From the NCBI GenBank assembly GCA_041746575.1, contig JBGTGT010000012.1, positions 12,943 to 76,942 on the forward strand: a stretch of DNA of 64,000 nucleotides, read 5' to 3'. Position 1 is the first letter of the stretch; each line of letters starts with the position of its first letter. Shown piece after piece: positions 22,033-30,829 of this stretch. This DNA comes from Microcystaceae cyanobacterium (GTDB taxonomy: Bacteria > Cyanobacteriota > Cyanobacteriia > Cyanobacteriales > Microcystaceae). The notes under the pieces are model-generated. The model was not told where the DNA came from and did no database searches. It worked only from the letters and a program-made list of their open reading frames with translations. Position numbers and translations under genes: made by a program.

Positions 22033-22458
22033 ATGAATTATTAGCTTTTTCAAGGAAATTCTAAATATTATCGGATTTTAGATGCCCTTCAGAACTTAGC
22101 AGAAATGCCTTGGTTCGTTACTCGATATCGTGGGGAAGTATCCGTCGGAGATGGGGTCTTGGTGTGGTTTGCGGGGGCAGATGCTGGCATTTATGCCATT
22201 GCTGAGATCATTAAAGAACCACAGATTTTCGCTAAAATTCCTGATTTAAATTATTGGATAGATAGCCAAAACACAAAATAAGATAAACCTCGAGTCCAAC
22301 TCCGTTTTAGGCGTAAATTAATCGGTCAACCTTTACATCATAATGATCTAAAAAATGACCCTATTCTTCAAGGTTTAACGATGATACGCACCCCTAATAG
22401 TACCAATTTTAAAGTTACTTTAGAACAATGACAACGGGTTCAGCAATTAAAAGAATAA
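22033..22458 (+). pseudogene. EVE-domain protein pseudogene with three in-frame stops
   Basis: MNY*LFQGNSKYYRILDA...VGDGVLVW.AG..AGIYAIAEII...NTK*...LKNDPILQGLTMIRTPNSTNFKVTLEQ*QRV; stops at 22042, 22279 and 22429. Confidence 0.8.
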
Positions 22459-22487
22459 AGGTTGTCTATACTGACAAATTCACCCAT

Positions 22488-23582
22488 TTAGTCTTTTAAA
22501 CCGTGCCTACTTGCTAAAAAGTGTTTACCTTGTTTTTCGCCATCTTCGATTAAACGATGAATATTAGTTGGACTGCGATCCAATTTACTTTCATAATTGA
22601 GACTTTCGGCTAATTCTTCTGACATTTTAATCAAGGGGATGTGGTAAGATTTATCAGGATCAGCAGCAAAAATTTTAGGGATTTTAATGGGTTCAAAAAT
22701 GGAAGTTTCTGTCAAAAAGTCTTCTTTAAATGCTCCTCTTAAAAAAAGATCGTTGAGAAATTCAATTTGTCCTAATCCTTGTAGTAAAGATACATTTCCT
22801 TCCAGTTCATTACGACGATCTGCAATATCATCGGGTTGAACTGGAATTTTTTTACAAGTTGTCGGATTTACTTTAATGACCCAAATTTCATGGGGAATAT
22901 TTTCAATTCCAACGTAATCCCGTTTAATCAACACATCAATAGGAGGATTATCAGAAAATAACCCATCCCAATAAGTCATTTCATCAATAGAAACCGCAGG
23001 AAAAATACTCGGAACACAAGCAGATGCTAAGAGGTGTTCAATCCGAATGGGTTCATGATAAGAGTCGAATTTGTGTAGTTTCCCACTCAAAATATTACAA
23101 GCTCCAATTAATAAAATCGGTGGTTCGGGCTGCGCTCCCCAATGATTTAATTCATCAAAATCAACATGGTGCTTTAGTAATACTTCAAGGTCTGTAAAAC
23201 GGCGACGCAATCCCAACGTTGCCAGTTCAAACCATGCCTTAGTTAAGGGAGAGGCAGGACTAAAATTAAACTGAGGAATTAATCCTTTACTGCCCCATTC
23301 GATAGTTTTAATTGCCGCATCGTTGAAGAACTTTTCTGCTACCGTTTGCGCCGTATTATCTTCCCAAAAATCAATGAGTCTCTGCCAAACGGAATTGTCT
23401 CCTTTTTTCAAAGCGTACCATATTAAAAAAGCGCAGATTGCCCCACCAGACGTACCACTTAAACTCACAATTTCAAATTGGTCTTGAATGTTGCTGTCAA
23501 ACAAGGACTTAAGTACACCCGCCGTAAATGCGGTTTGGCTTCCCCCTCCCTGACAAGCAATAGCAACTTTCGGTTTATTCAT
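22488..23582 (-). CDS. Patatin-like phospholipase/esterase
   Basis: ACQGGGS, GTSGG nucleophile motif, ASAC.P, WDG. Confidence 0.92.
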   Translation of the reverse strand: MNKPKVAIACQGGGSQTAFTAGVLKSLFDSNIQDQFEIVSLSGTSGGAICAFLIWYALKKGDNSVWQRLIDFWEDNTAQTVAEKFFNDAAIKTIEWGSKGLIPQFNFSPASPLTKAWFELATLGLRRRFTDLEVLLKHHVDFDELNHWGAQPEPPILLIGACNILSGKLHKFDSYHEPIRIEHLLASACVPSIFPAVSIDEMTYWDGLFSDNPPIDVLIKRDYVGIENIPHEIWVIKVNPTTCKKIPVQPDDIADRRNELEGNVSLLQGLGQIEFLNDLFLRGAFKEDFLTETSIFEPIKIPKIFAADPDKSYHIPLIKMSEELAESLNYESKLDRSPTNIHRLIEDGEKQGKHFLASRHGLKD

Positions 23583-23709
23583 TCTTAAGCCTCCTTTGAC
23601 CTAAAAAAATAGCAAGAAATAATTTAATTTTAATTGAGTTTTGTAGATTGTTACTTATATTTTATAATAAAATTGGCATGACTAATTAAGAATTGATAGA
23701 TCAATAACA

Positions 23710-23891
23710 ATGATAACATTAGCACAGATGAAAAAACGCTATCTGCAAGATTTTGCTTTTTGGATTAAAGAAACAATGAGATAGTCAAGTGAGGGGAATT
23801 TTACTCAAGTGGATTTTGGGAATTTAATTGAGAAAGTGGAATCGTTAGGAATAGTCAGCGCAAAGCAGTGGGGATTTATTTATTACACTAA
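23710..23891 (+). pseudogene. DUF29-family remnant
   Basis: RYLQDFAFWIKETMR*SSEGNFTQVDFGNLIEKVESLG, then a frameshift to SQRKAV; matches the remembered DUF29 N-terminus (YxxDFxxW...NLIEEIExLG). Confidence 0.65.
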
Positions 23892-23943
23892 TAAAAAAAG
23901 AACTTTAGGGAAAATAATACTATTTTAAAAAAATAGTGTAGTA

Positions 23944-24585
23944 TTATCGTTTTTTACCGGGGGGAATAAAGCGAATTTCTATTCTTCTTCTATTAGCATC
24001 GGCATTCCGATTCAGAGGAGACAACTCTCCAGAAGAAAGATACAATTGACCTGCTGAATAAGCTTTAAATTTAACGCTTTTTAGTTGACCCGTTTCTTCA
24101 ATTTTCTGGACAACAGCTAAGGCTCTCATTAAGCCTAAGTCCGTATTTGATCCCGGCTTCAACTTGTTCACCGTTTGTTCATTTTTAGCAACCTTTTCTA
24201 AAATTACATCTAAATTTCCCATTAAGCTAATGACTTGTCCGTCAGTATGACCAATAATTTGTACAAAATCAATTTCGTGTTTTTGGATGGTTTCTTGAAT
24301 GGTTGGAATAACTTGATTGATAATATATTTTTGCAGTTCTGGGGTTAGTTCTGCACTATTAGAAATGAAGCTAAATTGACCCGATTTTTCATCAATGACG
24401 ATAGGAGAGGCACTTTGCAATCTTTGATTAGCTTCCTGTAAGTTCTGATTTAAGCGTTGGGATTCTAACAAAGCAAGTAGAAGAAATAAGCTTAAAATCA
24501 TAAAGGCATTTGACATCAAATCTGTAAAAGCAGGATAGACATCAAGGGAGTTTGAGTTTTCAATATATCGATTTCGTCGTTTCAT
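23944..24585 (-). CDS. MotB/ZorB-like protein: single TM with channel Asp plus OmpA-like peptidoglycan-binding domain
   Basis: YPAFTDLMSNAFMILSLFLLLAL, F..NSAEL, IIGHTD, LGLMRALAV, NRRRIEIRF. Confidence 0.88.
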   Translation of the reverse strand: MKRRNRYIENSNSLDVYPAFTDLMSNAFMILSLFLLLALLESQRLNQNLQEANQRLQSASPIVIDEKSGQFSFISNSAELTPELQKYIINQVIPTIQETIQKHEIDFVQIIGHTDGQVISLMGNLDVILEKVAKNEQTVNKLKPGSNTDLGLMRALAVVQKIEETGQLKSVKFKAYSAGQLYLSSGELSPLNRNADANRRRIEIRFIPPGKKR

Positions 24586-24588
24586 AAG

Positions 24589-26358
24589 TCAAACAAATAA
24601 TCCTCTTTTGTTATTAAACTTTATAGTCTCCTCTAAGATTTGATATTGCTTTTCTAATATCTGCTTATTATTTTGACTAACTGCATCAACTAAGTTGGAT
24701 AACTTAGAATTTATAATTGACAAGTCCTTTAAGTATATTTCAATAGTTTGAAGAATTTGTTGGTTTTCGTCATTTTTAATATTAATCAGATTATTAAGAG
24801 AATCAGATATATTGTTTCCTAAGTTTTGAATATCGGTACTTAAAGTCTCTTGGAAAGTTTCAAAGCTTTCAATGCTCTGAAGCAATTTGTCGCTAAAAGA
24901 GTGGAAATTATTAGTTCCACTTTCTAGTTGTTTTTGATTCAGTTGAATAAAATTAACTAAATTTTTGTTAATATCGCTTATTTGACTTTCTAAATTAACT
25001 ATTTTGTAAATCGAGCTTTGTAAATCTTGTCTAAAAGATGTCATAGGCTTTATAGAGTTAGTAAGGTCTGAAATTGCTTCAGAGAATTGACCATAGGTTG
25101 TCATTAAGCCTTGAGTTGCGCTAAATAGATTATCTGCAAATTGACTTTGTTCAATTTTTTCTGATGCTTCAAGAAAAACCAAAGCACTATCTTGTATTTT
25201 AGTTGTCGAATCTTCAAAAGATAAATAAACTTGTTCAGCTAAATTATTAGTTTTTTTGTTCCCTTCAATCATTTTGCTGATATTTTTATTAAATAAAGCT
25301 GTTGATTCAGTAAATTTCTCTTGTGTCGCTGCCAAACTAGAAGTCAAATTTTCTAGATTATCTGAGAATTTACTTTGTTCTATTTTTTCAGAAGCAGCTT
25401 GAAAAATCAAGGCACTACTTTCGAGCTTTTGAGAAGTTTCTTTAACAGAATCTGTAATTTCAATTGCTCTTTGTATTTGCTGTTCTAAAATGTAAGTAGA
25501 AAGTTGAAAAGTTGTTGCACCATTGGCTAATGTACCACAGGCTTCTGTTAAACGTTCATAGACTTGTTTAGCTAATAAGGCAGATTCTTTATTTCCATCA
25601 GCTATTTGTTGAGCAACACGACCTAATGAAGACTCAACTGCTTTAGTCACATTCTCATGAAATCGAGTTAAAAACTCATTTTGTTGTTCTACCATACGAT
25701 TTACTGATTTATCAAGTCTTGTGTTCCCTTCAATGGTCGGATGAAAAACGTTATCTAAATAATCTTCTAAGGAATTTACTAACTTATTTTTGGCTAATCC
25801 GGTATTATATTTAAGATTAATAAGGGTCAGAAAAGAACTAAAACTTAAGGCAATCAAGCTTGTAAAGAAAGCAATGCCCATATTTTGTAAAGGCTTTTGT
25901 AAATGACCAACTAGATTGCTATTATCAATGCTTCCTTTATGAATAATCCAACCGATATCGTTTAAGTTTAACGTAATTCCTAGAAACGTGCCTAAAAGCC
26001 CAAAGGTGAGTAATAAGTTAGGTAAAATTCTGCTAAAGTAATCCCACTGTTCACAGCGTAAAGAATAAGATAGAAAAGAAAAGGTTTCTTCACTATAGAT
26101 TCCGTCTAGCAATGCTGAGGTATTCACATATTCTAAGTGAAGACTAGCTCGTCGAAATCTGTCCTCTAATTTTCTTACAATTAAGGGTTGCTGTCCATGA
26201 GGATTTCTAGTGAGTAATCTAGTAACTTTCTGACTGGCATCAGCTAGATGATGATAAAGCTTAACTCGTATTCCCCAAACAATGATGGTGGGAAAAATGA
26301 CAAATACCAGAGTAAAGATAATAAGATAAGGGGGGAAAAGTTGAATTAAGTTAACCAT
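24589..26358 (-). CDS. MotA/ZorA-like ion-channel subunit: three TM segments plus long helical tail
   Basis: N-terminal TM, LPNLLLTFGLLGTFLGITL, MGIAFFTSLIAL, then ~400 aa of Ser/Gln/Glu-rich helical sequence with internal repeats; 3 bp from the MotB-like gene. Confidence 0.85.
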   Translation of the reverse strand: MVNLIQLFPPYLIIFTLVFVIFPTIIVWGIRVKLYHHLADASQKVTRLLTRNPHGQQPLIVRKLEDRFRRASLHLEYVNTSALLDGIYSEETFSFLSYSLRCEQWDYFSRILPNLLLTFGLLGTFLGITLNLNDIGWIIHKGSIDNSNLVGHLQKPLQNMGIAFFTSLIALSFSSFLTLINLKYNTGLAKNKLVNSLEDYLDNVFHPTIEGNTRLDKSVNRMVEQQNEFLTRFHENVTKAVESSLGRVAQQIADGNKESALLAKQVYERLTEACGTLANGATTFQLSTYILEQQIQRAIEITDSVKETSQKLESSALIFQAASEKIEQSKFSDNLENLTSSLAATQEKFTESTALFNKNISKMIEGNKKTNNLAEQVYLSFEDSTTKIQDSALVFLEASEKIEQSQFADNLFSATQGLMTTYGQFSEAISDLTNSIKPMTSFRQDLQSSIYKIVNLESQISDINKNLVNFIQLNQKQLESGTNNFHSFSDKLLQSIESFETFQETLSTDIQNLGNNISDSLNNLINIKNDENQQILQTIEIYLKDLSIINSKLSNLVDAVSQNNKQILEKQYQILEETIKFNNKRGLFV

Positions 26359-26380
26359 GAGTAATATCCTCAGATAAAGT

Positions 26381-29300
26381 TTAAAGTCCTAATAGGTTCT
26401 TTTTCGCTACTTCAAATTCTTCTTTGCTTAGTAAGCCCTCTCTATACCCGTCCATCAATTCTTTAAGTTCAGACATTCCATTATTTTCAACTTCAAGAAT
26501 TGGTTCGACTACTTGAGCATCATCTTCAATACTTGGTTCAATGATTGCTTTAGATTTAGGTAAAGATTGCTGATGATTTTTTGACGTAGGAAGAAATTGA
26601 CCAGAAGAGGTATGTAAATTAGGAGGTAAAGATTTCGATTTGATTTCTTCATTAATTTTAGCTATGAAGCGACTAATGATGCCTTCTTTAGCTGTTTCTG
26701 TAGCCGTGGCAACTTCTCCCACGACTTTGGCTTTATAAGAAAAATTTACATCCTTTTCACTAAAGTTTTTAGCAATAGCAGAAAAATTAAGAATTAAGGG
26801 TAAATAGTAAGTTTTCCAACTTGGCGAATTAATTTTTATCTGCGCTACTAGCTTATTATAAATATTGTGTATGATGTCTGTTAAATCTTTTCTTGATGCT
26901 ATTTGCTCTAAAGCCTCTCTCCAATTTAAACTTAATGGGATAATATGCTGTTGATTAAAAAGAGCATCTTGAAAAGGCAATTCGTATTTTTGTAATTCAC
27001 TATTATATTTTATTTCTTTGCAAGCTAAACAAGGATAAAATACATATTCGAGTTCTTCTATTACCTTAGCTTCAATCGGAATAATGTCAGTAAACATTAT
27101 ATTATAATCATTATGAAGAACGGTATTTTGAAGATGAGTTTTATAGTGATTTCTTAGTTGAGATAAGCCAGTAATAATTCTTAAAGGAAATCCTGCATAT
27201 TGTTTCAGAATAACAATTTCATCTTCTGCTTGAATAGCGGTAAAAGAATTTTCAGAAATTCCTATATCTTCGGTAAGAGTTTGTTTAAATTGTTTAACTT
27301 CTGGCTCATTTGTTTGTTTAAAACCAATGAAAAGATTACGTTTTTTGGCATCATCTTTGAAATGAGCATTAGAAAGATTTAAGTGTAAAAGAGGTTCAGA
27401 AGATTGTAAAATCTGTTCTAAGCGTTTAGAACGATCCGCAATAGCATAAGTTTCCATAAAACGCTTAATCGCAGATTGAACTTGTGTCATTCCCACAGAA
27501 CCAAATTGACGTTCAACTGTCATATTAGTTTTACTTTTTAATTCTTGTTCATCGATAAGATTTCTTGTAACTAAACTAAATAAAGATTGTCCTACCCCTA
27601 TCGCTTCAGTAACTTGATGGCTGACAAAAACCAGTTGTTTTGAAGAACCGTGATCGGGAATACAATCGTTTATGCTATCTTCAGGGAACATGGCCTCTCC
27701 ATTCATTTCATCTAGATTAAGCTGCTTGAGTTCTTCTTCTTGTTTTTGATAAGCTATCTGAAGATTATCCAGTAATTTCTTGAATGTTTGAATTTGATTG
27801 AAGCGAAGCGTTAAATGTTGCTGTAATTCCTCAATAATTTTTAGGGATTCTTCATTAACAGCCATTTGAAAGTTATGTTCAATGAGTTTAGCAATTTTTG
27901 GAGCAGCATGACTCATTACTTCTTGAATTTTACTATATTTTTGCTTTTCAAAGAAAGGAAGACTATGTTTTTGTTGCAAATCCTCTATTTCTTGTTTTAT
28001 TTCTAACCAAGCTTGCTCTATCTTGTCGAGATCATACATTTCTTGAAAATCTTGTTTTCTTTCTTCCATATCTCGTTGCTCTTGGTTAAATTGAGTTCGT
28101 AGTGCTTCTAGAAAGTTCAAAGTATTGTCAAGAGAAAAATTAGAATGATTAGGACTGAGTAATTTTTCTAAAAATAAATCAATGTCTTGTTTAAACTTGC
28201 CTAATAAATTAGGTTGAATATTTTGTAAATGAGTCAACCAAATTCCTCTAACTTTTTCACCTTCTCCGGGTTTAACTTTATAAAACTCTTTTTGAAACTT
28301 TTGTCTTAAATTTTCCTTATATTCCTCAATATCTTTTGAGGTTTTACATTCTAAATCTTGGCAAGAATTTCGCCATCTGGTTAAAGCTTGTTTAAAAGTT
28401 TTATTATTGTCTTGTGCCGTTTCTTGTAATTGGCTTCTAAAATAATCTTTAATTCTTTTATCGGCTGTCCATTTTAAAACAAATTGGTCTAATAAATCTC
28501 TGGCATCTGAACTTTGACCGATTCCCTGTAACCAAAAGTTAATTAATTTTCCTCCCAGTCGATTTAAAGACATTTGAACAAGACGATCACGGGTAAAATA
28601 AATAGCTGAAAGTCCGAAAGTTAGATAACGCTGTGACATTTTAAAAGGATGCAAATCATACCCTAAGAGAATATCAGGTTGTATAAAGTTATTTCGATGA
28701 GATTTAATAATCCCTGATAACTCACTCGAAAATGCTAAAAAGATTTTATAAGCAATTAAGTTACACAATTTGCCTTTGTCGCTAATTTTATGATCTCCTA
28801 AAGTTTGTTCGGAAACTAAATAGGTAAAATCAAAAGGAGGACGCTGTTCTTTTACATAAATTTGATTATGTTTACTATAACAGGCTTCAAAAGTTGATTC
28901 ATCATTCGTATAATAATTTAACTCTTTAAGAGCAGCATAAGTATTAGCATTCATCGTAGAAGTATTACCATACAATTTAGGAGAAATAACTAAATAAGCA
29001 ATTACATCAAGATTATTTTTATTTTGATAAAGATGTCTTAAACTATAGGCAACATCTAAAAAAATTCCACTTCCTGTACCACCACAGAGAGAACCTACCA
29101 CAAATATGTCTAATCCTTCTTGAATATAAAATCCTTTTTTTAGCATAAACTGTTCATTTTCATTTCCTCTAGTACGATTCTCAGCTGCTTCTACTGCTTC
29201 TTGAAACTGAAGATAATTATGAAAAAAGGCTAATCTTCCTATAGGACGAATCCCTTGTGCGCCATCTTCAATTGATTTTATTTGCTCTTTGAGTCTTGGA

Positions 29301-29641
29301 TCTAACCAACTTTCAATATGAGAATAAGGACTTTCAAATAAGGTTTTATGATCTAGTTCGTGAACTAAATCATTAACGACTTGCGAATTCATTTTAGCAA
29401 CTACTTTTTCAGATTCTTGAAATAAAATATTTTCTCCATGATAAGTGTTTCCTGTTGGTAAACCACCATGATTAAATGCTCCTTTATCAGTATCAACTTG
29501 AACAAAACTAATAATTGGCATTTCGCTTAATTTCCCATATCGCTCAATAATAAACCGTCGAATTCGCATTAAAACATCTTGACCTGTTCCTCCTAAACCG
29601 ATACAGATTGTTCGTTTGATAGCACGAGTTTGTTGAGTCAT
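26381..29641 (-). CDS. Tubulin/FtsZ-like GTPase (Tubulin_2 / FtsZl type) with coiled-coil middle and C-terminal SHOCT-like helix pair
   Basis: IGLGGTG, VDTD, GAQGIRPIGRLAF, tubulin signature VGSLCGGTGSG, NANTYAALKEL; C-terminal LKELMDGYREGLLSKEEFEVAKKNLLG. Confidence 0.88.
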   Translation of the reverse strand: MTQQTRAIKRTICIGLGGTGQDVLMRIRRFIIERYGKLSEMPIISFVQVDTDKGAFNHGGLPTGNTYHGENILFQESEKVVAKMNSQVVNDLVHELDHKTLFESPYSHIESWLDPRLKEQIKSIEDGAQGIRPIGRLAFFHNYLQFQEAVEAAENRTRGNENEQFMLKKGFYIQEGLDIFVVGSLCGGTGSGIFLDVAYSLRHLYQNKNNLDVIAYLVISPKLYGNTSTMNANTYAALKELNYYTNDESTFEACYSKHNQIYVKEQRPPFDFTYLVSEQTLGDHKISDKGKLCNLIAYKIFLAFSSELSGIIKSHRNNFIQPDILLGYDLHPFKMSQRYLTFGLSAIYFTRDRLVQMSLNRLGGKLINFWLQGIGQSSDARDLLDQFVLKWTADKRIKDYFRSQLQETAQDNNKTFKQALTRWRNSCQDLECKTSKDIEEYKENLRQKFQKEFYKVKPGEGEKVRGIWLTHLQNIQPNLLGKFKQDIDLFLEKLLSPNHSNFSLDNTLNFLEALRTQFNQEQRDMEERKQDFQEMYDLDKIEQAWLEIKQEIEDLQQKHSLPFFEKQKYSKIQEVMSHAAPKIAKLIEHNFQMAVNEESLKIIEELQQHLTLRFNQIQTFKKLLDNLQIAYQKQEEELKQLNLDEMNGEAMFPEDSINDCIPDHGSSKQLVFVSHQVTEAIGVGQSLFSLVTRNLIDEQELKSKTNMTVERQFGSVGMTQVQSAIKRFMETYAIADRSKRLEQILQSSEPLLHLNLSNAHFKDDAKKRNLFIGFKQTNEPEVKQFKQTLTEDIGISENSFTAIQAEDEIVILKQYAGFPLRIITGLSQLRNHYKTHLQNTVLHNDYNIMFTDIIPIEAKVIEELEYVFYPCLACKEIKYNSELQKYELPFQDALFNQQHIIPLSLNWREALEQIASRKDLTDIIHNIYNKLVAQIKINSPSWKTYYLPLILNFSAIAKNFSEKDVNFSYKAKVVGEVATATETAKEGIISRFIAKINEEIKSKSLPPNLHTSSGQFLPTSKNHQQSLPKSKAIIEPSIEDDAQVVEPILEVENNGMSELKELMDGYREGLLSKEEFEVAKKNLLGL

Positions 29642-29656
29642 GATATTGCTCCAAGG

Positions 29657-30802
29657 TTAAGATTTAATAATGTGGATAACAAGTTCAAAATTTTGATCTT
29701 CTTTTAACTGATTAGGACAATTAATTTTAAATACAGACTGGTTAATCGGTATTTTTTTAGTGATTTTAGTTCCTTGAGTATAAAGAGGCGCACAATTAGT
29801 GGGTTTTAAATAAAGTTGGTTGCCTGTTCGTTCTAAATATCCCCTTGTTTCTTCACCCGGACAGTCAATAGTTCTCAAACCCTCTCCTCCAATAGCAATC
29901 TTTTGAAGATTTTTAAGCTTATATTTTTGCTTATCATCATCCTCATCTAAAACGACTTTAACCTCTAGTTTCCAAGGCTTTCTTAGACTTAAGCAATATT
30001 TGATGACCCATCCTCCTGCTATTATTCCTAAGAAAATAATTAATAAAGGAATCCATAGCTGTTGCCATAAATATTCATTGATTAAACAGGTTTGTTTACC
30101 GCCCGGTGCAGGAGTACAAAATTCTTGAGCGGTAGGGGGAATATCAATTACTGAAAGCTGATAAGTGTTATTATTATTCGTAATAATTTTTTGCGATCGC
30201 TGATTTAAGGGTAATGCCCTAATCCAACTTTCTCGTTCTTTGGTTTCAGCAGAATTCTTTTGTCGAAAAGGACTATTAGCTGGTGTTTCGGTCCAAATAT
30301 CTGAAGAAATTCCGGCACTTATTAATAAAGGAGCATCGGTAATCCAAACAGCAGATTGAAATTTAATCGGTTTATTTTCTACTAACCGGCATTGATTCAG
30401 TTGCGCTAATCCTTGATAAACAAATAATTCAGTGCGTTGGATATCTGTATTCTGAATATTTGGATTAGATTCAGCAGGAATTACTGCAAGGATCCTATCA
30501 ATCTCTTCTTTATTTCCTTTAAAAAAAATGGGTTCAGGTAAAGAATGATTTTTAGACGAAAGAGACTTAATTTCTGAAGCAAAGAGAACCACATAAACCC
30601 GATCCTGAGATTGTAAACTATCTTGAACAATCTGGCGTAATCGAGTCCGGCCTTCATCATTAAAATTAACACTTCCTGTCAAGTCAATCGCTAGGGTAAC
30701 ATCTCGACCTTTATGTAAACGTGCGACTAAATCAAGTCCCGTTTTTTGCCAAACTTTAAGGGGTTCACCCAGTGTTACCGATAAACAATTATCAATTTTC
30801 AT
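29657..30802 (-). CDS. vWA-domain membrane protein with C-terminal FHA-like beta domain
   Basis: MIDAS-like IDLTGS, NTDI and WITDAP; TM LWIPLLIIFLGIIAGGWVI; beta-rich tail (KIAIGG...RGYLERTGNQLYLKP). Confidence 0.75.
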   Translation of the reverse strand: MKIDNCLSVTLGEPLKVWQKTGLDLVARLHKGRDVTLAIDLTGSVNFNDEGRTRLRQIVQDSLQSQDRVYVVLFASEIKSLSSKNHSLPEPIFFKGNKEEIDRILAVIPAESNPNIQNTDIQRTELFVYQGLAQLNQCRLVENKPIKFQSAVWITDAPLLISAGISSDIWTETPANSPFRQKNSAETKERESWIRALPLNQRSQKIITNNNNTYQLSVIDIPPTAQEFCTPAPGGKQTCLINEYLWQQLWIPLLIIFLGIIAGGWVIKYCLSLRKPWKLEVKVVLDEDDDKQKYKLKNLQKIAIGGEGLRTIDCPGEETRGYLERTGNQLYLKPTNCAPLYTQGTKITKKIPINQSVFKINCPNQLKEDQNFELVIHIIKS

Positions 30803-30829
30803 TTTTTAACATAATACTTTTATGACTAT

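Noticed and set aside
22033..22458. Stop-codon readthrough or recoding of the EVE gene
   Set aside because: Three different stop codons, and all neighbouring genes use the standard code; pseudogenisation is simpler.
23944..26358. Flagellar stator motAB, ExbBD/TolQR, or methyl-accepting chemotaxis protein
   Set aside because: Cyanobacteria lack flagella. The B subunit has an OmpA-like domain rather than an ExbD/TolR one. The A subunit's long tail shows no MCP signalling-hairpin motif that I can recognise.
26381..29641. Cell-division ftsZ
   Set aside because: Much too long, has Tubulin_2-type motifs, and has no division-cluster context.
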